Positions 44,582 to 53,243 of a stretch of 64,000 nucleotides of DNA are shown one piece after another. Made by a program: the position numbers and the translations under genes. The stretch comes from Fimbriosthenelais zetlandica (taxonomy: Eukaryota): the NCBI GenBank assembly GCA_977030845.1, contig OZ365112.1:12772001-12836000 (forward strand), in the 5' to 3' direction. Under the pieces are notes generated by a model. That model saw only the letters and a list, made by a program, of their open reading frames with translations, was not told the DNA's origin and searched no databases. Each line of letters begins with the position of its first letter. Position 1 is the stretch's first letter.

Positions 44582-44730
44582 CCTTTTTACAAATAATATT
44601 CACGCTTCTTCAGTATCCCTTCCTAAAGATCATACCAGTAATCATAATTAGCAGAATCTCCACTCAGTTGAAAAACAGGTGAAGGCGGTCCTCCATAATG
44701 TAAAGGTCGCCCGGGAAACTACGGAAGCGG
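44582..44730 (-). other. Probable non-coding first exon of the coiled-coil gene (5' end approximate)
   Basis: Strong donor AAGG|gtgagt at 44581. The next exon has acceptor ctctccag|G at 43721, 22 nt before the ATG. An in-frame stop lies upstream of that ATG in the spliced product. Confidence 0.55.
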
Positions 44731-44981
44731 CGTGATCACGTGGGTCGGAGTGCGTAGTAATATATCGGTTGCTAGGGAAGCATACTGCATGTACTTGTCA
44801 TTATTCCATTGAAACATCCCAAAAAGTTTCTATTTGGAATCTTATAGTATGAGTAGATATTTATTATAGATAAAATAGAACGATTTGGAGGAAATCAGAA
44901 GTAGTCCCCTAGAACTATTTTTTCATGTAGTTTATATATTGTTTACTTCCGGTGCTCTCCGGCCTGACAACAACATCAAGA
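44700..44981. promoter_or_regulatory. Bidirectional promoter between the coiled-coil gene and CFAP299
   Basis: Head-to-head arrangement. Motifs seen: ETS-like CGGAAG 44722-44727 and ACTTCCGGT 44945-44953, E-box TCACGTG 44736-44742, and X-box-like GTTGCTAGGGAAG 44768-44780. Confidence 0.6.
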
Positions 44982-47482
44982 ATGGAGGAGGAGGTGGCAA
45001 GTGGAAACGACAATATTGTCACAGAATTCCATACTTATGAGGAATTTCTGGATTCTCAAATTAATGAAGTCGATCTGTTTTATCTAGAGGTAGGTGTCTT
45101 TACGTAGATTTTGGTGCGTTATTCCTGAACGAGCTGATATACACAGTGTCATTATCGATCGATCGGCCGAAGGCGAAGGGGGAGGCTCAGCCGGTTCAGC
45201 TCAGGCTTTGCCAGTTTCTAGCAGGTCTACTACTCTTTGAGGGCAGCTAACACCTTGACACTGGCCGATTTCCTTATGAATGAACACTTTTATTATTGAG
45301 CCAAGTTATGGACATAATAGGAAACGATTTGGTTTCAGCATTGTAGCGTTTTGTTAGTAATTTCATAAAAGAAATCCGCCTCAAAATGTCCCCAAGACCC
45401 CAACCCTCTACTGGCTCTAGGCTCTAACTGGGTGGTGGCAGTAGCAGCAGCTCTAGCTTTGGCAGCATTTTAAAATTGAATTTGTGTCTTAATATATCCA
45501 AAGAGAACGTTCGAAATATTGAAGTGCTCACTTCGTTTTGTGGTCCGACATTATATGAAACAGACCCTCAGGTTCACTTAGCCCTTAGGCCTAATCTCTG
45601 GTCTTTTCATTGAGATGTATACCCTGACTGTGTCATGACTATAATCTATATATCTAAATGGTGTAATCTTTTCTAGGATGAAGAACTGGCGAGACAGTTG
45701 GTGGAACTCGGATATCGAGGAAGTGGAGAAGTCCTTAAAAGAGAAGAGTTCGAGGCCAGGAAGGCTGCAGCTGAAGCAAGTCGTTTATCTAAACGGAGTC
45801 AACAAAAGTACGCTCTCTTAATTCTCTTAGACTAGATCCATAACATAAAATTCATAAGTTGAGGTAATAAACTAATTTAGATCTAGATTTACTTTTGTTT
45901 AGCGCAATAAATTTATGGTTCCCACAGGTCCGGAAACCGGGAAAAGTCCGGGAATTTTTTAATATGTCTTCCGGGCCGGGAAATGTCCGGGAATTTGTGT
46001 ACGTTACCGTACAAATGAGTGGACGTAGTACAAAATTAGATTGATCTAGATCTCAATTTACTGTTGTATCTACAATATTTATATAATAGCGTGATTGATA
46101 TAAAATGCCACTTCGCTATGCTTTGTTTGTGATGCCACCACGCGGCTTTCTCGGGAATCAGGGCGCTCTACCCATTACAACCGCTGGATTTGCACCATTT
46201 TTTCAAGCGACTTCCGGAAGTAGCCGCCAAAGCCCCTAATATCGCTCACAACAAAAACACTGGCTTCATTCTCTGGCTATAAGCCTGTAAGCTCTATTCT
46301 TTTGGATGCGATAAATTCTTCATGAAAATCTACCCACGGATTTCAGTTTTGGCTCATTTAGGTGCTTTCATAATTCTATAAACGCCGTCTGAAAATTTCA
46401 ATCGACGCCCAGCTTTCACCGATATTAGTTCCCAGTTTTGCCGGTGGTGGAGTAGTAGCATGGGGCCGAAAGTAAACTTATCTTAGTTTCTTCATTTGCC
46501 ACAGGACGATCAACTTTTATAAATTATTTTCCTCACTATTGCTTATTATAAATGCATTATAATCTTTCATTATTTCAGAACACTCGCCAGTTCTGGAAAG
46601 GAACTCGGGGAAGATGATTTTCTGAAGGCATTGTCAAAGCGAGAAGAGGACAACCGAAGTGGGAAAATGACTTCTATAATCTTTATAAGAGATTATAACC
46701 ATAGAGGTCAGGAGATATCTGGATATATTGATTATGCTCATCGATTGAAAACCGAGGACTTTGAACCCTATTTTACTGGAAAGAAAAAACTACTGCCTCG
46801 CCCTTCTGATTTGAGGTAAGATCTATTAAAGGCCCAAACTGGATAATCAACAAATTAACATCGATATAAGTAATCTAATCAACTGAAAACAGCTACCAGG
46901 TTACTTTCTAGCAAGAAACCTGCACCAAAATACCTAAGCCGCCTACCCTGTAGCCTCTGATTTATTTAAATTCAATCAAATTCCTCTGCAGCTTTTACAA
47001 CTGGGAAACACAGACTTCGACATCTAACCCTACTCCAAACTACCAGGTCATAGCTGAGAACGCCACGGGTCTATTATTTAAAAACAAGAGAGATCGAAAG
47101 CCTCTTGATGTCGATCCCAAGGTGAGCAATAATTATCATATAAATAGGGTGTTACTGTATGATATCAGATAAAACAAATTTATTTAAATAAAGATTATAA
47201 AATGGATCAAATTGTCATTTTAAATTACATTTATTTTTCCAATCGATAACGATCTGATAGGCCATTCAAAGTTAATTTTGCCAAGCCATTGACATTTGTT
47301 GTTAAATTTCTTCTTTATTTACAATTTAATCTTTTCATGAAAGCTTTTGCATAATAATTTTTTCTTGGTAATCTTTATTTTAGGCAGCAAAACCTGGAGA
47401 TAATTCAACAAGGACTGTGATCGAAACGAAGAAATACACACAAGTAGTCATTTATGATCATATCACGAGGAGGAAAACTTAG
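44982..47482 (+). CDS. CFAP299: Cilia- and flagella-associated protein 299 (C4orf22), 234 aa. Exons: 44982-45089, 45677-45807, 46579-46815, 46992-47121, 47384-47482.
   Basis: The phase-consistent 705-nt ORF contains [11 protein letters not shown]...[69 protein letters not shown] and C-terminal [12 protein letters not shown]. These motifs are characteristic of C4orf22/CFAP299. Confidence 0.93.
45917..46000 (+). mobile_element. Terminal fragment of a similar GGTTCCCAC-type DNA element in CFAP299 intron 2
   Basis: ggttcccacagg followed by repeated ccgggaaa / tccgggaattt motifs. Confidence 0.4.
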
Positions 47483-47852
47483 TATTTCTTTAAGGATCTA
47501 AAAATATGGTGAAGGCGTAACTTGGCAAAAAGTAAATCTAGCGAAAATAATTCTACTGATAAATTTAAGTCATGAATAACTGGCCCTGCTTTGCAACTTT
47601 TTTTATATGTAATTCTTTGCTGTGAATTATCCGTCTTTTTACCTTCATGTCTCCCACGTAAATAAAATAAAACCTGCAGAACTGACTTCGTGTTAATTTA
47701 CCGGTAGTCATTTTTATAGTTGTATTTTATCTTTTCAAAGAAATAACACTCCCACTCGCCTCAGCAAATCAAACGAAAAACAAACAAAGCCCAAATCAAC
47801 ACTGCTTAGCCGAAAAAATGGGTAGCGACCCAGGGAGCAGTGAAAATTGATT

Positions 47853-47922
47853 TACTAGACGGGGAATCGAACCCCGGTCTCTCGCGTTCCTAGCAAGCAC
47901 GTTACCTCGAGACGACCACGCT
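47853..47922 (-). pseudogene. tRNA-derived (Asp/Gly-like) 70-nt cassette, copy 1; SINE-head-like or pseudo-tRNA
   Basis: Read on the minus strand: AGCGTGG TC GTCT CGAGGTA ACGT G CTTGC TAGGAAC GCGAG AGAC CGGGG TTCGATT CCCCG TCTAGTA. The B-box and T-arm are intact and the acceptor stem pairs poorly. Confidence 0.7.
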
Positions 47923-49235
47923 CATACACTCTCAATGCCCCCTGTAATTTAGAATGAACTACCCAGGGAAAGGTTTAATCACAATGTTTATTTATAAGTT
48001 TGCCCCCTAATCCCTCTTCGTCCCCCACCCCATCTCCATGTTCACCATCTATCACTCCCAGCAACTCCATCCATAAACCCCTGGCCCAATTTGAAACGGC
48101 TAACCTGTCAAAATCCCTCGGAATAGCCCACTGTTTAGGTACTGTCCCAATGTTATTTTTTTTTAGCCCCTTGGCCCCTCCCTGGCCCCCAAATACCACC
48201 CCCACCTCTATGTCTACCCCCGACATCCACCCCAACACCGTCCCAAAAATCCAGCTCGATTCTATGCTTCTAACCGCCAACGCCGGACCAACAGACCGAG
48301 AAGGGGCTAGATCATAGTACATGTAGTTCACTGTTTCGCCGCTATAAATCTCGGGTCGCTTCATCGCGCTAGCTTGCTCCTTCCATAGAGATCAATGCTG
48401 AAGACCTCAAATTCGCACCATTTTCAAAAATCGAAATTTTAAATTAATTTGATTTGCACAAATATTACATAGATACCTGGAGATGCTTCCAACTAAGAAT
48501 AATCCGTTTGAATTGTAATTTTAGACCCGTTATTAACAAAGTTATTCAACTTTTTCGACTTTTAGTGAGAGGGCGCTGTTAAGGTTTTTAAAAGGCCAAA
48601 TTATAGGCCTGTATACGCACGGCCGATTTGGCAACTTCGCAGAAATCGGGGTTTTCCACGTCTTTCGTCTCCGATCTTTTGAGATTTATCAGTAGATGTC
48701 ATAAGTTATACGTAACCGTGGTCTTGTGTGAAAATAATATGTATTAGGTAGAGTAAAAGCCGATTGTAGTGGACTGGTAAATCGGCTTTGTAGCACACAT
48801 TCCTGTAATCGTGAGTGATTTTTAACATTGCGCCTATGGGCGGGACACTTTTGCTGAATCGAATGGATTTAGACATGTTAGCCTTTTCGAATCGGGCTGG
48901 ATTTTTAGGAGGGAGTTGGGGTGGGTGCCGGGGGTAGACATGGGGCTGGGGGTGGACATTGGGGGCCGGGGAGGGGTCCCGGGGGCTAAATATTTTTTAG
49001 CATAGGAGCCTATGGGCGTTACCTACACATTGGCCTATTCCAAGGGATTTTAACAGGTTAGCCGTTTCAAATCGGACTGGGGTTTTTGAAGGGGTTGGTG
49101 GGACTGCTGGAGAGTGGACATGGGGTTGGGGGACGGGGAGGGGTCCGGGGGGCAAGCTAATTATAAACATTGTGATTGAGCCTTCACATTTGAGGGATTG
49201 TCCTGCAATGACCTAAAAGGCAAGGGGAGTGTGTG

Positions 49236-49305
49236 TGCGTGGTAGTCTAGAGGTAAGACTCTCGCCCGGAATGCGAGAGACCGGGGTTCGATTCCACATT
49301 TTGTA
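49236..49305 (+). pseudogene. tRNA-derived 70-nt cassette, copy 2
   Basis: TGCGTGG TA GTCT AGAGGTA AGAC T CTCGC CCGGAAT GCGAG AGAC CGGGG TTCGATT CCACA TTTTGTA. D and anticodon stems are perfect, the T stem is damaged, and the acceptor pairs mostly by G-U. Confidence 0.7.
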
Positions 49306-49964
49306 AATCACTTTTCGCTGCTTAGAGTGTTGATTTTGGCTTTGGTTTTGGTTGTTTGAGTTGCTGATGAGAGGAGGGCGGGGGCTAGAGGAACTAAGTT
49401 CCATAGAGTTAACGTTGGCCTCTTTGTCATAATAATAGCTAGATATATATCCAAGCTTAGATATATATATCCAGCCTTGCGACCTTGCGGCGTCTCTCTT
49501 CCTCTGTCCTCTTCATTCTCCGCTCTCTCCGTTCTCTGTATCCAATGCCACACCCCTTCAGTGCCCCTCAATCTGGCTCTGCGAACCTCCCACCCGTGGC
49601 CTCTTGAAGCTCTCTGACCACTGAAGCGTTATGTATTGGTATGCTATGCAAAGGTATAGGCCTATGCATAGATGACAAGCTGGGGACATGCACCTACCCC
49701 CTCTCATGCTTCAGTGCGCAGTGACTTGGACCACCCGCCCACCCACTCTCCGAAACCCACGACTGGAATCAAACTAAACATCAAATATAGGAGGACAAGG
49801 ACTTGTCAAATCAGTGTCAAAACTCGGACATCGAAAAAGTATATCACTGCGTATTTTTACCTCTGTGGGATAATGTCTAGTGGGTGATCTAAGTAAATAC
49901 GAAACTAAAAGGCCAACTTCAACTGAATGGAGCTTAGTTCCTCTAGTGGCCTTAATTATGCGCG

Positions 49965-50470
49965 CCTCGATCGATTGTGAGTAGTTCATAAAAATGACGA
50001 TTTTTTTATTTTTCTAATTTCTCGAAAACTACCGGGCCTAAAATTACGATCTCTTCGGAATATTCTTAGTTGGGAGCCGAACTAGGTTAGGACATACCTT
50101 TTGAATCAATAAAGTTGATTTAAAACTTTCGATTTTCAAAATTGACCGAATTTTCACCCTCAGCATTGATCCCAATGGAAGAAGCAGCAAGCGCGACAGT
50201 GGCGACCCGAGTTGCAGCGGCGACTAGGTGAACTACCAGTGCTCTCTCTATCCAGTTTCAGTGAAGCTATTAGACGATTTAGCATTGGCGGTGTCAACCC
50301 CGAAAAATCAGCACATTTTCAAAATCTCAAGTTTTAAATCAATTTTATTCATTCAAAAAGTGTGTACTACCATACTTCGGCTCTCAACTAAGATTTCCCC
50401 TAATTTTAGACCCCTTAGTTTTCGAGAAAATAAAGAAATAAAAAAAACACATACAATTTTGCTCGATGTT
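49965..50470. mobile_element. Palindromic MITE-like element of about 500 bp, related to the spacer of the neighbouring repeat
   Basis: tttctcgaaaacta..cctaaaatta..cttagttgggagccgaa (left) is inverted against ttcggctctcaactaag..taattttagacccc..tagttttcgagaaa (right). Segment 50150-50240 is an inverted, diverged copy of 48320-48410. No target duplication was identified. Confidence 0.6.
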
Positions 50471-51528
50471 ATTTAGCCCAGCCCCCAACCCCAGCCCCGC
50501 CCCATCCCTAAATCCCAGCACAAATCTGACCCACTTCCCATACCAAACAATCCCACCCACTCTGATATCAGCCAGGAGTTGAGAGCGTTGTATCCTTGGG
50601 TAGATCATAGTAGTGTAGTTCATCTTTTTGCCGCTATAAATCTCGGGGTCGCTTCAAACGCTCTGGCTTGTTCTTCCATAGAGTCCAATGCTAAAGACCT
50701 CATTTGGCTGCATTTTCAAAAGTCGAAATTTTAAATAAAGTTTACTTGAACAAAAACCATATGGATACTTGGAGATGCTTCCAACTAAGAATAATCCGTT
50801 TGAATTGTAATTTTAGAACGATTATTTACAGAGATATTAAACTTTTTCGACTTTTAGTGAGAGGGCGCTGTTAAGGTTTTTAAAAGGCCAAATTATAGGC
50901 CTGTATACGCACGGCCGACTTGTCAACTTCGCACAAATCGGATTTGTCCACGTCTTTCGTCTTCGATCTTTTGAGATTTATCAGTAGATGTCATAAGTTA
51001 TACAAAACCGTGGTCTTGAGTGAAAATAATATGTATTAGGTAGAGTAAAAGCCGATTGTAGTGGACTGGTAAATCGGCTTTGTAGCACACATTCCTGTAA
51101 TCGTGAGTGATTTTTAACATTGCGCCTATGGGCGGGACACTTTTGCAGAATTCAATGGATTTAGACATATTAGCCTTTTCGAATCGGGCTGGATTTTTAG
51201 GAGGGAGTTGGGGTGGGTGCCGGGGGTAGACATGGGGCTCGGGGTGGAGGTTGGGGGCCTGGGAGGGGTCCGGGGGGCTAAATAATTTTTAACATTGGAG
51301 CCTATGGGCAGTGCCAACACAGTGGCCTATTCCAAGGGATTTTAACAGGTTAGCCGTTTGAAATCGGACTGAGGTTTTTGGAGGGGGTTGGTAGGACCGC
51401 TGGAGGGTGGACATGGGGTTGGCGGACGGGGAGGGGTCCGGGGGGCAAGCTAATTATAAACGTTGTGATTGAGCCTTGAAATTTGAGGGAGTGTCCTGCA
51501 ATGACCTGAAAGGCAGATTGTGTGTGTG

Positions 51529-51598
51529 AGCGTGGTAGTCTAGAGGTAAGACTCTCGCCTGGAGTGCGAGAGTCCGGGGTTCGGTTCCCGGTCTTGTA
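51529..51598 (+). pseudogene. tRNA-derived 70-nt cassette, copy 3
   Basis: AGCGTGG TA GTCT AGAGGTA AGAC T CTCGC CTGGAGT GCGAG AGTC CGGGG TTCGGTT CCCGG TCTTGTA, followed by TTTT at 51605-51608. Confidence 0.7.
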
Positions 51599-51844
51599 AA
51601 TCACTTTTCGCTGCTTAGAGTGTTGATTTTGGCTTTGGTTTTGGTTGTTTGAGTTGCTGATGAGAGGAGGGCGGGGGCTAGAGGAACTAAGTTCCATAGA
51701 GTTAACGTTGGCCTCTTTGTCATAATAATAGCTAGATATATATCCAACCTTAGATATATATATAGGCCTATCCTGAAGCTTGAGACCAAAATAGCTTTAC
51801 TGTTTTTATTCAATCCCGAGAGTGACTTGAGAGCTTCAGTGTGT

Positions 51845-51914
51845 AGGCAAGTAGTCTAGAGGTAAGAAACTGGCCGGTGACGCGAGAGACCGGGGTTCGA
51901 TTCCCTGTCTCGTA
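51845..51914 (+). pseudogene. tRNA-derived 70-nt cassette, copy 4
   Basis: AGGCAAG TA GTCT AGAGGTA AGAA A CTGGC CGGTGAC GCGAG AGAC CGGGG TTCGATT CCCTG TCTCGTA, followed by T6 at 51922-51927. Confidence 0.65.
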
Positions 51915-53219
51915 AATCCCGTTTTTTAAACCTGGTGCCTTTTTGAGTTTAGTTGTGTCATCAAATTATCGATTCCATTTCGATAGGGGTATAAGTGATA
52001 TAACTAAGTTTTTATTGAATCCCGAGCGTTTGGTTGTACAAGGTGGAAGAGGAGTTGGTTAACCTGGCCTACATACAAGGATTATTTCACAGCCTTTATT
52101 ATCCAGACATGACGAATAGACGAATCGACAGAGATGATAAAGATAAAGATGATTAGAAGGAGTAGGTGGGAGTAGGCTACAGTAGGTGCATCTCCTCCGC
52201 CGGTCAGTGGTAGTGTGTTTTGGTGGTCAGCCGTGGACAGCCGTGTTTACTCAGGGTAGGACATAGGCCTACAGCCATGGATCGAAGAGGTGGAACCATT
52301 ACCATATGTTCGACACTAGGCCTAGACACAATCGCAACACCTGGAAAGAATCGATAAATTAAAAAAAATGTTGAAATGGCCCCAAATAGGATTGGAAACG
52401 GTTGCCACATTTCAAGATGTGCATGCAACGTTACATAGGCTATTAAGCTACTCTCTATCAGATATGGTGATACAAAATCTATGATAAAAAAGGCACATAA
52501 AAGAACTAGGGCCTATATGCTAGGCCTAAATCTGTGACGAAAGTGGGAGGGGGACCTATTTTAATGAGAGCTGATTAGCCTACGCCTAGGCCCCTAGGCC
52601 TATAGTGTCGTAACCTCCGGATGAGTGTCATTTTCTTATCATTGTAAAATGTCTATCTAGGCCTAGGCTCAGGGTTAATTAAGATAGGATTAGGTTAGGG
52701 TGAGGTAATGGTTTAGGGTTATCATAGTTACTAAATATTTGAACTCAAGATTAGGCCTACCCAGTTGACCATTCACTGAGCATTGGGCATTAGTTCCCGC
52801 TTTTGCCGGTGGTGGGGTAGGCGCATGGGGCAGTTCATTCGTTTGCCGTTTACTTTCCCGTTTATTTTTTGTTTAAACTGGGGGATGGGGATGGTATATT
52901 TTCTTTTTTTCCGAAGAGTTCTTGGCTAGTTCATAGAACTGCAGCAAAGCATCTTTGAATGTAGCCTGTAGGCCCTAACTCTCTACTTCTATGGTTTATG
53001 ATAGGCTACTGCCACAGGCGGTAAGATGGGGAACTATCAAGAAAGCAGCTGATTATCGTAAAATTTAAATCAAGAAATATATGATTTTATAGCATTATAT
53101 CATAGTATCACGACGTTACATCGACGGGCTGTTTAAATCAGTCTTCAATATAATCAATATATCAATATAATGCCAGTTTCAGTTTGCTGCATTTACATCC
53201 GAACAATTTCCGGCAGTCG

Positions 53220-53227
53220 TGACGTCA
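53220..53227. promoter_or_regulatory. Palindromic CRE (TGACGTCA) immediately upstream of the WBP2 start codon
   Basis: Exact TGACGTCA ending 16 nt before the ATG, with TTCCGG at 53208-53213. Confidence 0.35.
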
Positions 53228-53243
53228 TGTGTACACAGACAAG

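Larger units (their letters stand above)
47755..49372. repeat. Imperfect inverted repeat: arms of about 500 bp (47755-48275 and 48877-49372) around a spacer of about 600 bp
   Basis: Inner ends: tcccaaaaatccagctcgattc (left) pairs with gaatcgggctggatttttagga (right). The arms also share ttgaaacggctaacctgt / acaggttagccgtttcaa, the tRNA-like cassette, and outer tcagcaa..tcaaac..caaagcc..aatcaacact. Confidence 0.85.
48308..51763 (+). repeat. Direct repeat of about 1.16 kb: 48308-49470 and 50601-51763 (offset 2293 bp)
   Basis: Both copies begin tagatcatagt and end tagatatatat, with long identical blocks. The ORF track shows the near-identical antisense peptide MELSSSSPRPPLISN at 49404 and 51697. 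Confidence 0.92.

Noticed and set aside
47975-51813. ORFs 47975-48364, 48000-48317, 49213-49571, 51126-51813
   Set aside because: They derive from G/C-rich repeat arms and recur only because of the duplication. There is no splice context or domain.
47853-51914. Functional tRNA genes
   Set aside because: Acceptor stems pair poorly, anticodon loops differ between copies and mostly lack U33, and the variable loop is short despite a Ser-type GGA triplet in some copies.
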